Positions 44,701-53,992 of a stretch of 64,000 bases of DNA are shown here, piece by piece. This stretch comes from Patescibacteria group bacterium (lineage in GTDB: Bacteria; Patescibacteriota; Doudnabacteria; UBA920): contig DAIMCS010000001.1 of the NCBI GenBank assembly GCA_036726225.1, positions 397,856-461,855 on the forward strand, given 5' to 3'. Made by a program: the position numbers and the translations under genes. The notes beneath the pieces were generated by a model that searched no databases, was not told where the DNA came from, and worked only from the letters and a program-made list of their open reading frames with translations. How positions within the stretch are numbered: the first letter of the stretch is position 1; the number at the start of each line of letters is the position of its first letter.

Positions 44701-45217
44701 AGCTATTCCTACTATTACCACGGTTGCCTTACCCACCAGCATTCCGGTTGCCGGCACCAACACTTTGGCTAAGTTCACCCTTTCATCCGGTGGAACTGGC
44801 ACAATTGCTTGGAGCAAGATGATCTTCGCAATTAGCACATCTACAGGTGTTACCTTAAGCAGTCCTACAGTTTGGGATGCTGACACTAACACTCAGATTG
44901 CTGGTAACGCGACTTTCGCAACAACCAACGTAACCTTCTACACTACCAATGAACAACAAATTACCGGAGCCAAGACTTATGTCTTGAAAGGTACTTTGGG
45001 TGGAACAATTGGTACAGATGGTAACTACATTAGCACGTCTATAGCACAGCCTTCGAGCTTTGTTGCTCCGGCGATTGCTTCTGCTGCTACTGTCAGCTCT
45101 GCTACCTTCGTGTGGTCTGATGTCTCGGCCCAAAGCCATAGCTTCTCGACCGCCGACTGGAACAATGACTACTTAGTCAAGAATCTGCCAACAGATTCCC
45201 AGAGCTTGATTCAGTAA
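41777..45217 (+). CDS. giant (1146 aa) secreted Thr/Ser/Gly/Val/Ala-rich beta-repeat surface (S-layer-like / adhesin-like) protein
   Basis: Signal peptide ending AAQAAAHA; low-complexity beta-rich composition; strong RBS. Confidence 0.7.
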   Translation: MQNSLAKKFFAVGSAVAMTLSLAAPFAAQAAAHAAGTNVSTSDGTVWFITPEGTRRAYTSAGAFLSYGFNSWSQVVAANADDLSLPAGSFIPPQDGTVFCATATKGSDVAGECSLVTAGMKAAFTSAAVFAGLGFSFANAEYGDSSFLNKTVDINSSTEAHKTGVLVNNNGTVQLVGATGLLGIPSLDVFNTWGYSFANVVPANAADKAMTQTGVMQARTPGQLNPVWTVGTQPPPPVGSVTVSLASDNPASGSIVASSSAVTLAKFNFSGSGTVSQIQLKRIGVSADSVLSNVYLYDGAMRLTDAASVGGSSLISFNTPGGIFTVSGSKTISVVAEIAGTATSGQTVGVQLTGFAVAGYSLGSASVSGNLHTVASVSDLATVDFGTVTPTGQTLDAAAGLEVFRSSVSIGTRDVTLSRLAVRQIGSVNYSDIKNLVLKVDGTTLGSVAGLDVNGYAMFSFSPTTLKSGTRIITILGDIVGGATRTFQFQIRNKVDVDFTDTNYNVVVSPVDTFPVGSGSANTIREGSLIIQKATDTPSGNVTDGATNVKLAKFTANAYGEPMKIETLTAAASSSDTSVTSLRNGKIMINGVQYGSTATLAQCLACTTTGGTSYTLNYTVQPGTAVTIEVYADMYDNDIGGNNLSNGDTVTAYLIVGSNNVQKMTSLGYVNVPSSAVSGNPITNVTGSVTFAKNQTYSNHAIPLPQTGYKIGAFTLVGSTSEDVTISSISVRDVSSTSLTSLYNIKVLVNGSIFGAQASSISVGGTSTFSSTLNLAQGMTVPVEVYADINLPTAGYAADTFGAQVSISGTAVNSSASIAASAAGQTLTIGSATLTAAQDPSTPVAAITAGNQTKTAAAFKWTSANDQFTISELVISVAAVTTVQNVIIKDGSNVIATQPGAASTTFSNLSISVPANATKILTVELQLGGVGTGAGTSGENVFVTLHSYKKAPASSGTVSTTTVGNISGNALYVYKAIPTITTVALPTSIPVAGTNTLAKFTLSSGGTGTIAWSKMIFAISTSTGVTLSSPTVWDADTNTQIAGNATFATTNVTFYTTNEQQITGAKTYVLKGTLGGTIGTDGNYISTSIAQPSSFVAPAIASAATVSSATFVWSDVSAQSHSFSTADWNNDYLVKNLPTDSQSLIQ

Positions 45218-45388
45218 AGTCTTTTAAGACTTAACTAACGTTCCTAAAACGGTCAATTTAGGCAAAACCCCGCTTCCAAAAGAGGCGGGGTTTTGTTAGC
45301 TAAAGAGAGCAAGTGTCCGGCTTTAGCCGGGTATTTTAGTATCTGCCGGACTCTTGAAAAAAGCCTGTTTTTTTAGTATATTTACTGT

Positions 45389-46078
45389 ATGTCTAAAAAA
45401 ATTGTCTTAGTTTTTTGTGTCATTATAGCCCTGGCTTTTACAGGCTATTTTTGGCAAAAAAATAAAAAAAACACCAACCAAAATAATGGCAAGGTTTTGG
45501 CAAATAAAGAAAGGAATTTAACGGCTGAACAAAAGCAAATTTATTTAGACCGTATACAAAAAGCAGAGGCGGATTTGCGCGGTTTAAACCCTACGGATGC
45601 AAATTATCATATTTCACAAATTAATGACCATATGTATTTAGGGCAACAATATTTTGGGTTGGGCCAAATGGAAAAATCTAAACAGGAATTTTTGACAGTT
45701 TTGCAAATTGAACCAAATTACGAGCCGGCTTTTGCCGCACTTGCCCTGACTTACAGTGATGCCGGCGAACTTCCAGAAGCCCAGTTGGCTTTAGAGTCAG
45801 CCATCAAAAGTAATTCTAAAAATTATAATATTTGGTTGCAGTATATTGGTGTTAGGCAGGCTATGGGCGCAAGCAATGAGGAGCTGGGCCAGCTTTACGA
45901 GGATGCGCTTTTGGCTACGTCCAGGTATACAGACATACTTACAAAATACGCCCAATTTGAGGAAAGCGTTGGTAATATAGCCGAGGCAATTGCTTTGTGG
46001 GAAGAAGCCTTAAAAAATTACCCTGAAAACGCGCAATTTTACAACACTGAAATTAACCGTTTGAAAAAGTTGAAATAA
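45389..46078 (+). CDS. membrane-anchored TPR-repeat protein
   Basis: N-terminal TM plus TPR-like helices. Confidence 0.6.
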   Translation: MSKKIVLVFCVIIALAFTGYFWQKNKKNTNQNNGKVLANKERNLTAEQKQIYLDRIQKAEADLRGLNPTDANYHISQINDHMYLGQQYFGLGQMEKSKQEFLTVLQIEPNYEPAFAALALTYSDAGELPEAQLALESAIKSNSKNYNIWLQYIGVRQAMGASNEELGQLYEDALLATSRYTDILTKYAQFEESVGNIAEAIALWEEALKNYPENAQFYNTEINRLKKLK

Positions 46079-46081
46079 GTT

Positions 46082-48304
46082 ATGACAAACTCTTTTGACA
46101 AAAAAATTTGGTATGTGTTTTTTGCCTTAGTTTTAGCTTCGCTCTTAACCCCGTTTTGGGTATTTTCCCAATTGTTGTTTCCGTTTATTACCAGCAAAGC
46201 TCTGTATTTCCGTTTTATGGTTGAGGCCGCGTTGCCTTTTTATATTTACTTAATGCTTGTTTCCCCGAAGCTCCGCCCCAAAATAAAACAACCTTTGAAT
46301 TTGGCGGTTTTAATTTTTGTGTTAATTAATATTGTTACTTCTTTTTCCGGCGTGAATGTAGACAGGAGCCTGTGGGGGACATTTGAACGCATGGGCGGGG
46401 TTTGGTATCTGCTCCATTTAGGCCTACTGTTTTTTTATGTCCAGGCTATTGGCCAGGCAGGGGGAAAGTATTTGAAGATTTTTTTGCAAAGCTTTATAGG
46501 CGTGGCAGTGGCTGTGAGTTTCAACGGGCTTTTAGGCAAAATTGGCATTGTCACTTTCTTTCCTGACCCTTCTTTGCCTGCCCGTGTTTCTTCTACTTTT
46601 GGCAACCCCATATTTTTCGCGAGCTTCCTTATTATACCTTTGTTTTTGGCCGTGTATTTTGCCGTGCAGGAAGAGAGGCGGGGGATGAAAATTATTTATT
46701 GGATAGCCGCCGCTTTACAGCTTTTGGGAATTTATTTTTCCGGTACGCGCGGAGCAGTTGTCGGTTTAATTTTGGGCCTGTTTGCAGCTTTGGTCGTTTA
46801 TGTCATCCTGACAAAAAAATCTAAATTCAGGCAGTACAGCTTAGTCATTTTGGGAGTATTGTTAATTGTTGCCGGAGGCCTGTACTTTAACCAAAAAAAA
46901 TTATCCCCCAGCTCTACACTTTACCGCATTGTCCATTTACGGGACAGCAATACTGAAGCTAGATTAATTCAGTGGCGTATGGCTTTGCAGGGCGTGAAAA
47001 AGCATTTATTGTTGGGTGTTGGCCCGGAAAATTATTATGTGGTATTCGATGAGTTCTACAATCCTGAAATGTACAAGTACGACCCTTCCTGGTTTGACAA
47101 GCCCCATAATTATCAGCTGGAAATTTTAGTTACAAATGGCATACTAGGACTGCTTGCTTACATCGCTATGTTCGTATTTAGTTTATACGCTTTATGGAAA
47201 GCGTATAAAGCTAATTTGTTGGGCCTGCTTGAAGGATGCGTACTTTTTGCCGGGGTGGTTGCTTACCAGGTACAAAATTTAACCGTTTTTGATACGGTTT
47301 CGGCAAGCGTGGCATTTTATGCTTTTATGGGTTTTGCCGCGTTCCTCTGGTACGAAAGTTATGCCCCTTCAAAACAAGAAACACAAAATAAATTAAGCGC
47401 CGGCCCGGCTCCCAAGGTTATTTTTGCCGTGCTTTGTCTGCTGCTGATATTTGTGGAATACGTTTCCAACTTTGCTTCATATCAGGCTTCCAAGCGCGTA
47501 AACTTGGGTTATTTTTACACATCTTACGACCCAAAAACAGCGGGGAATTATTTTACAAAGGCTTTAGAGGTTAAATATAATTTGGACAAGCGGGACACGG
47601 CAAATTATTATTCTGACTTTACAGCTAGGCTGGTCAATAATGCGGATGCCAAGGTGGATGATAAGTTTAAGCTTGAACATATGCAAAAAGCCCGCGAGAA
47701 CCAAAAAGCTATTGCGGAGAAAGTTCAAAATGACCCTTTGTTATGGATGAGACTGGCTATAGGCGAAATGAACCTGGCGCTTTTGCAGGGTCAAAATTTT
47801 GACCCTGCAAAAGAAGCCATTAGTAAGGCTGTTAATTTGGCTCCCAACAGAGTAGAGTTATTGCAATTATGGGTGCAGTGTTATGGTCTTTTGAAAGATT
47901 GGAAAAATTTGGTAATTGTTGCAGAAAAAATTGTTGAACTAAACCCCGGAAAACCTGACTTGCGCTGGCAATTAGCCATGGGATATTTTTTAAATGGGCA
48001 GCTGGAAGAGGCGGTTTTAGCAGGAGACGTCGCTGTTGCCCAGGGTTTTAAGTTTAATCAATTGCAGCAATTCGCCTGGTATATTCAGTATTATGAGGCA
48101 AAGAAGGACTGGCAAAAAGTAATTCCGCTTCTAGAGCAAGCTGTAACCTTGGAGTCCAACGAGATTGGTTTATACATAGATCTGGCAAAAGCTTACGCCA
48201 AAATAGGCGACAAAGAGCACGCTATTCTTTTAGCTCGGCAAGTCCAGCAGTCAGACCCCTCCCAGAGGGCAGCTATGGAAGAATTTATCAACTCACTCAA
48301 ATAG
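46082..48304 (+). CDS. Wzy_C-family (O-antigen ligase / PglL-PilO-like) polytopic membrane protein with C-terminal TPR domain, paralogue 1
   Basis: Wzy_C hallmark loop …FSGTRGAVVGL…, 10+ TM helices, C-terminal TPR array. Confidence 0.7.
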   Translation: MTNSFDKKIWYVFFALVLASLLTPFWVFSQLLFPFITSKALYFRFMVEAALPFYIYLMLVSPKLRPKIKQPLNLAVLIFVLINIVTSFSGVNVDRSLWGTFERMGGVWYLLHLGLLFFYVQAIGQAGGKYLKIFLQSFIGVAVAVSFNGLLGKIGIVTFFPDPSLPARVSSTFGNPIFFASFLIIPLFLAVYFAVQEERRGMKIIYWIAAALQLLGIYFSGTRGAVVGLILGLFAALVVYVILTKKSKFRQYSLVILGVLLIVAGGLYFNQKKLSPSSTLYRIVHLRDSNTEARLIQWRMALQGVKKHLLLGVGPENYYVVFDEFYNPEMYKYDPSWFDKPHNYQLEILVTNGILGLLAYIAMFVFSLYALWKAYKANLLGLLEGCVLFAGVVAYQVQNLTVFDTVSASVAFYAFMGFAAFLWYESYAPSKQETQNKLSAGPAPKVIFAVLCLLLIFVEYVSNFASYQASKRVNLGYFYTSYDPKTAGNYFTKALEVKYNLDKRDTANYYSDFTARLVNNADAKVDDKFKLEHMQKARENQKAIAEKVQNDPLLWMRLAIGEMNLALLQGQNFDPAKEAISKAVNLAPNRVELLQLWVQCYGLLKDWKNLVIVAEKIVELNPGKPDLRWQLAMGYFLNGQLEEAVLAGDVAVAQGFKFNQLQQFAWYIQYYEAKKDWQKVIPLLEQAVTLESNEIGLYIDLAKAYAKIGDKEHAILLARQVQQSDPSQRAAMEEFINSLK

Positions 48305-48314
48305 AAAGCAAATT

Positions 48315-49883
48315 ATGAAGATAAGGGAATTTTTTACAAAGAAGAGAATTATCTGGTCCGCAATAATTTTGTTGGTATTGTTTGTAATTGGTTATTTTAT
48401 TTTCAGGCCAAAAGATAACTCCGGCAATATACAGACTGAAATAGTTAAGAAACAAGATTTGAAGTCAACTGTCCTTGCAACCGGACAGGTGGTTTCGGGC
48501 ACAGATTTAAATTTAAGTTTTAAAACCAGCGGTTTTGTGCAAAGCGTAAAAGTTACGGAAGGCAGCAAAGTTAAGACCGGCGATGTGCTGGCAACTTTAG
48601 ACCAAAAAGATGCGTTAGCGAGTTTAACTTCGGCAAGAGGCGCACTGGCCCAGGCGCAGGCCAACTACAATAAAGTTTTAGCCGGCGCTTCTAACGAGGA
48701 AATTATAGTGGCTCAAAAAGCTGTTGACGCGGCCCAGGTGACTTTAGATACCGCCAAGGTCAATTTAAAAAATACCCAAAGCCAGCAGGAAACCGCTGTT
48801 AGTAACGCTTATTCTGCCCTTTTGAATTCTACTTTGGAAGCAGTGCCTAGCGCCGGGAATGCCGGGACCGGAATTGCTACTGTAAGCGGAACCTATACTG
48901 GAGCAGAGCAGGGTACTTATACCCTATCTCTCTACATTTCAGGTAATGGCATGATGTTCCAGCTTAGCGGTTTAGAAACTTCAAGCGGTGAATACAAAAG
49001 TTTTCCGGTACCTTTAGGAAGCAGAGGCTTATTTATAGAATTTTCGGGGACCTCCTATGCAAACGATCAATGGGTAGTGAAAATCCCAAACACCAGCGCC
49101 AGCACTTACGTTGCTAACTATAATGCCTACCAGTCATCCCTTAAAACCAGGCAGTCTTCAGTGGATGCCGCCCAGGCGCAGCTCAACAGCGCGCAGGTGG
49201 CTTTAGACCAGGCTATAGCAGCCTTAAACCTAAAAAAAGCCCAGGCCAGGCCTGCAGATTTACAAGTGGCCCAAGCCCAGGTACTCTCGGCTCAAGGACA
49301 GGTCCAGGCTGCGCAGTCGAACCTGGAAAATACAATTATGCGCGCGCCAACGGGCGGCACAATAACCAAAGTAGATGCTAAAGTGGGGCAGCAAGCCACA
49401 GCTATGCAGGCCTTAATAGTTTTGCAGGACGTTGGGAATTTGCATGTGGAGGCAAATATTAGCGAGGCTAATATTTCTTCCATAATTTCAGAGCAGCAGG
49501 TGGAAGTAACTTTCGACGCTTTAGGCGTGGACAGGAAATTTATAGCCAAAGTCCAAACCATAGACCCGGCCTCCACCGTAGTTTCCGGCGTGGTGAATTA
49601 TAAAGTTAAGGTTTCCTTGGAAAAATTGGAGCAAATTAAACCCGGTATGACCGCTAACTTAAATATTTTAACCGGTGAAAAAAGCGGCGTGTTAGCCGTG
49701 CCGCAGCGCGCGGTAATAAGCCGCGACGGAAAAAAGTTTGTCCGTGTAATTACAGACACTAAAAAGAAAGCCTACACCGAAGCAGAAGTTACCACCGGTA
49801 TGGAAGCGGACGGGGGGCTAGTGGAAATTGTAAGCGGAGTTTCAGAGGGCGCTGAGGTTGTGACCTTCATAAGATCTAACTAA
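48315..49883 (+). CDS. HlyD/RND-adaptor family periplasmic membrane-fusion protein (no partner transporter in window)
   Basis: N-terminal TM, biotinyl-lipoyl-like hairpin, long coiled coil, beta-barrel IMRAPTGGTITKV. Confidence 0.7.
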   Translation: MKIREFFTKKRIIWSAIILLVLFVIGYFIFRPKDNSGNIQTEIVKKQDLKSTVLATGQVVSGTDLNLSFKTSGFVQSVKVTEGSKVKTGDVLATLDQKDALASLTSARGALAQAQANYNKVLAGASNEEIIVAQKAVDAAQVTLDTAKVNLKNTQSQQETAVSNAYSALLNSTLEAVPSAGNAGTGIATVSGTYTGAEQGTYTLSLYISGNGMMFQLSGLETSSGEYKSFPVPLGSRGLFIEFSGTSYANDQWVVKIPNTSASTYVANYNAYQSSLKTRQSSVDAAQAQLNSAQVALDQAIAALNLKKAQARPADLQVAQAQVLSAQGQVQAAQSNLENTIMRAPTGGTITKVDAKVGQQATAMQALIVLQDVGNLHVEANISEANISSIISEQQVEVTFDALGVDRKFIAKVQTIDPASTVVSGVVNYKVKVSLEKLEQIKPGMTANLNILTGEKSGVLAVPQRAVISRDGKKFVRVITDTKKKAYTEAEVTTGMEADGGLVEIVSGVSEGAEVVTFIRSN

Positions 49884-49895
49884 ATTCATAGGATT

Positions 49896-51695
49896 ATGAA
49901 AAAGTTTTATTCACTATTTAAGTGTTACATATTTGTTTGCATTTTATTTAGCTTTCCTTTTAACATTGCTTTTAGTCAAGAGCTCGTTTTTAAGGATCCA
50001 TTTTTTAAGGATCAATATTATTTGACAAATATTAATGCTATTGAGGCTTGGCAACTCCAATCGAACGCAGCAAGCGTACTTGTGGCAGTTTTAGATGACG
50101 GTGTCTACGAAAAGCATCTTGATTTGGGTATGCAGTTTTGGCGTAACCAAAAGGAGTTAAACAATGGCATTGACGATGACAATAACGGTTACGTTGATGA
50201 TTTACAAGGGTGGGATTTTATACAAAATTCCAACGATATGAGGGTGTACGGAAATCACGGTACAATGGTTGCTGGCATTTTGACGGCCTTGCCAGATGAC
50301 TATGCTATAGTCGGTATTTCTCGGAATACTCAAATAATGCCATTATTAATTTGTGGAAATAGCGGCGAATGCTATCTTGATTTATTGCCAAAGGCCATTC
50401 GCTATGCTACAGATAATGGGGCTAATATTATTAATATTAGTTTAGGTGGGAGATACACAGATACGGTTGATGAAGCTATTAGGTATGCTTATAGCAAAGG
50501 AGTGGTTATTGTGGCTGCTGCAGGCAATCTTAATAACGAAACAAATTTTGGACAGGATTTAAGCGCCAATCCTCGTTCTCCGGTGTGTAATGATAACGGC
50601 CAGGATATGGTGTTGGGGGTTTCAGCGGTGGACAAGGAAAATAAAATGGTAAATTGGGCTGCTTATGGCAATTGTGTGGACGTCGTTGCGCCAGGGGTAG
50701 GTATTATGTCAACGGCTATGTATAGCGGTTTGGACCATGACCAAGGGTCTGGTACCTCATTTGCTGCTCCTATGGTAACTGCCCAAGCAGCTTTGTTAAA
50801 GGCGAAGTATCCGTCAATGACTAACCGACAAATTATAGATTCCATAAAACAAACCGCTAATCACGATAGTTCCTACAACGGGCTTTTGGGCAGCGGCTTA
50901 ATTGATGTTTATAAATCCTTAAGCCAGCCAGTTTTTAGTGCCCCGCAAAATGGTGTAAGCCAGGTTAATAGCAGTACCCATCCGGCTGGCACTGTTGTAT
51001 TAGGCAAAGATAAAAGGACGGTTTACATTATTGGAAACGGTGAAAAACGTGGTTTTGCCACTCCTGAGGAATATAATTCACATGGTTTTGTATTTTCAGA
51101 TATCGTAGTGGCGAACGATTTCGATTTGGGTCTGACTGACGGGGCTGTTGTTCCTTTTGCAGACGGAACCTTGGTATTGGATGCTTCAGATGGCAGAACC
51201 ATTTACATGATAGACAATAAAACGAAAAGGGGTTTTGTCAGCGCGGAGGTTTTTGAGCAACTTGGGTATACCTTTTCACAAGCCGTTTTGGGCAAGCTTG
51301 AAGGTTATTCCTTGGGTACACCTATAATATCCTCCAGCGAGCCTCACCCAGCCGGGGCAGTGGTCTTAGACGGTAGTTCACATTTTAAAATATTTGCAAA
51401 TGGAAAAAAACGGATTTTCAGTCAGGAGGTGCTAAACTCATGGCATTGGGATGAAACCCGTATTGTCAATGCTAACGTAGGCGATAAAAATTTACCGGAA
51501 ATTGCTATTATGCCCTTTCGTGATGGTACTCTCATTAAGACAAAAAATGGGGGTATATATATTGTTTCTAACGGGGACCTTAGGCCCTTTGCATCAATGG
51601 AAGTTTTTAACAAGCTCGGGTATAAAACTCAAAATATCGTAAACATATCAGACAGTGAATTTTATTTTTATAAGGTAGGTTCGGTAATAAATTAA
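49896..51695 (+). CDS. secreted subtilisin-like serine protease (S8) with four C-terminal ~50-aa repeats
   Basis: Signal peptide; catalytic triad motifs VAVLDDGV, HGTMVAGIL, GTSFAAPMV. Confidence 0.85.
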   Translation: MKKFYSLFKCYIFVCILFSFPFNIAFSQELVFKDPFFKDQYYLTNINAIEAWQLQSNAASVLVAVLDDGVYEKHLDLGMQFWRNQKELNNGIDDDNNGYVDDLQGWDFIQNSNDMRVYGNHGTMVAGILTALPDDYAIVGISRNTQIMPLLICGNSGECYLDLLPKAIRYATDNGANIINISLGGRYTDTVDEAIRYAYSKGVVIVAAAGNLNNETNFGQDLSANPRSPVCNDNGQDMVLGVSAVDKENKMVNWAAYGNCVDVVAPGVGIMSTAMYSGLDHDQGSGTSFAAPMVTAQAALLKAKYPSMTNRQIIDSIKQTANHDSSYNGLLGSGLIDVYKSLSQPVFSAPQNGVSQVNSSTHPAGTVVLGKDKRTVYIIGNGEKRGFATPEEYNSHGFVFSDIVVANDFDLGLTDGAVVPFADGTLVLDASDGRTIYMIDNKTKRGFVSAEVFEQLGYTFSQAVLGKLEGYSLGTPIISSSEPHPAGAVVLDGSSHFKIFANGKKRIFSQEVLNSWHWDETRIVNANVGDKNLPEIAIMPFRDGTLIKTKNGGIYIVSNGDLRPFASMEVFNKLGYKTQNIVNISDSEFYFYKVGSVIN

Positions 51696-51731
51696 GATAA
51701 AATTGGGGGCATAGCATATTCCTGACCAAGT

Positions 51732-53981
51732 ATGAAATTTTTAAAAGCCATATTTTTTGTTTTAGTCTGTGTTTCCGTAACCGCGGCTTTTTGGGTGTTT
51801 AAAGATTTGCTTTTTCCTTTTGTTACCAGCAAGGCTTTTTTCTTTAGGATTGCCATAGAATTAGCTTTCCCTCTCTATGCTTACTTTTTGGTGGTAGACG
51901 GAAGGCTTCGCCCGAATTTAAAAAATCCTTTAAATTTGGCCATGCTGGCGTTTATGTTGCTTAATTTTGCTTCGGCTTTTTCCGGGGTTAACTTAACGCG
52001 CAGCCTGTGGGGTAACTTTGAACGTATGGGCGGAGCTTACTATATTGCCCATTTAGTAGCTTTGTATTTTTACATTTTGTGTCTGGGGCAAATGGGCAGT
52101 TGGTATTTGCAATGGTTTTTAAAGGTTTTGTTGTGGGTAGGTATTGTGGTTGCGGGAAACGGAATTTTTGGCTGGCTGGGTTGGCCAACCCTGGTTTTAG
52201 ACCCAACCCTTCCCACCAGGGTTTCCAGCACTTTGGGTAACCCCATTTACCTGGGCAGTTTTTTAATTATCCCTTTTTTCCTAAGTTTGTTTTTTGGGCA
52301 TCAGACCGACAGCGGCATTAAACGCGCGGGCTATTATTTTTTGGGTTTTTTATGTTTGCTTGGAATTTTCCTAAGCGGCACGCGCGGTGCGGCGGTCGGG
52401 CTTTTATCCGCGAGTTTTTTAGGCGCGCTAATTTATTTGTTTTTCAATCCAAGTAAAAAAATTAAAATTTACGGTTTTGCTTTAGTCGGTATTTGTGTCA
52501 TTGCCGCCGGTTTGTTATTTGTAAACCATGAAAAATTACCGCAAGGCTCCACGGTTCGCAGGTTATTTAATTTAAATGACAGCAACACCCAAAGCCGTTT
52601 GCTGCAGTGGAAAGTGGCTTTAAGAGGTTTTGAAGACCGGCCGCTTTTGGGCACAGGCCCGGAAAATTATTATATTGTCGCCAACCAGTACTACGACCCC
52701 AAAATTGCGGAGTTCGACCCAAGCTGGTTTGACAAGCCGCACAATTATCTGTTGGAGATTTTGGTTACCGACGGCATACTCGGCTTTGCCGCGTATATGG
52801 GCATTTTAATTTTCTTGGTTTTTGCCTTATACAAAGGTTTTAAGTCAGGTTTGTATGGGTTGTTAGAATTTTGTTTTTTGCTCACCGCATTGCTTGCTTA
52901 CCAAATCCAAAATTTGTTCGTATTCGACACCGTTCCTACGAGCCTGATGTTTTTTGCCTTTGCCGGATTTGGCGGTTACATTTGGCAGATAAGCAGGCAG
53001 CAAGAGTCAGGCAAGCCAAAAATTTTTGTGGTTAGGGAAAACCGGGCTTTTGGAGTTAGCGTCTTAGTGGTTTGTTTGCTTTTAATGCTTTATGCCGAAT
53101 ATGCGACCAATTTGCTTCCTATGCGTATTTCTAAAAATGTAAACTACGGTTACGCTTATGCTTTTGCTGACTTAAACAAAGCGCATTCCTATTTCCAAAC
53201 TGCCGTCTCCTTGCCGTTCAATTTTGACGAAGCGGAAACAGCCAGCAAATTTGCCGAATTCGCCGCTAACATCGCTAGGTCTTCCACAGAACAAAACAGG
53301 GCTTTAGCCCTTAAAATTTTGGACGAATCAACGGTGTATTTAGAAAACGTTACCAAAGAGCAGGTCGACAGCCCTGTGCTTTGGCAAAGGCTTTCTATGG
53401 CTTACCTGTTTAAGTCAACGCAGGTGGGGGACAAAATAATTGTTCACCCAAAGGCGGAAGAGGCTATAAAAAAGGCTATAGGCTTGGCGCCCAGCCGTGA
53501 CGAAGCGAGCTTAACTTTGGCGCAAATAAGAAGCCTTGAGGGTAAGTTTGCGGAAGCAGAAACTATATTGCTAAAAGCCCTACAAAACATACCCAGTGAC
53601 AGAAGCGCCCGGCTGCAAATAATAAATTTATACCGGGCACAAAATAAAATTGACCTGGCCGTTGCCAAAATGGAAGAGCTTTTTAAACAGGGTTATAAAT
53701 TTTCCCAATACCAGGAAGTTAAATGGCTGGTAGGCTACTATGCAGACAAAAAAGAATTCGACAGAGCCATAGACCTGCAAAGGAAGGCAGGGGAGACGGA
53801 GCCTGGAAACCTTTTGGTCTTTATAGATTTAGCCAAGCTGTATGCGCTTGCCGGTAAATATGGTGAGGCAATAAACCTGGCGCAGAGCATTATAAAATTC
53901 GAACCCAGCAGACAAAAAGAAATGCAGGAATTTATAGATTCGCTTCCTAAAACCGCTTCCTCAACACCTGCTTCCAACTAA
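51732..53981 (+). CDS. Wzy_C-family membrane protein with C-terminal TPR domain, paralogue 2
   Basis: Collinear with 46082-48304 (LFPFVTSKAFFFRI vs LFPFITSKALYFRF; SGTRGAAVGL loop). Confidence 0.7.
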   Translation: MKFLKAIFFVLVCVSVTAAFWVFKDLLFPFVTSKAFFFRIAIELAFPLYAYFLVVDGRLRPNLKNPLNLAMLAFMLLNFASAFSGVNLTRSLWGNFERMGGAYYIAHLVALYFYILCLGQMGSWYLQWFLKVLLWVGIVVAGNGIFGWLGWPTLVLDPTLPTRVSSTLGNPIYLGSFLIIPFFLSLFFGHQTDSGIKRAGYYFLGFLCLLGIFLSGTRGAAVGLLSASFLGALIYLFFNPSKKIKIYGFALVGICVIAAGLLFVNHEKLPQGSTVRRLFNLNDSNTQSRLLQWKVALRGFEDRPLLGTGPENYYIVANQYYDPKIAEFDPSWFDKPHNYLLEILVTDGILGFAAYMGILIFLVFALYKGFKSGLYGLLEFCFLLTALLAYQIQNLFVFDTVPTSLMFFAFAGFGGYIWQISRQQESGKPKIFVVRENRAFGVSVLVVCLLLMLYAEYATNLLPMRISKNVNYGYAYAFADLNKAHSYFQTAVSLPFNFDEAETASKFAEFAANIARSSTEQNRALALKILDESTVYLENVTKEQVDSPVLWQRLSMAYLFKSTQVGDKIIVHPKAEEAIKKAIGLAPSRDEASLTLAQIRSLEGKFAEAETILLKALQNIPSDRSARLQIINLYRAQNKIDLAVAKMEELFKQGYKFSQYQEVKWLVGYYADKKEFDRAIDLQRKAGETEPGNLLVFIDLAKLYALAGKYGEAINLAQSIIKFEPSRQKEMQEFIDSLPKTASSTPASN

Positions 53982-53992
53982 AATGTCCCGCG

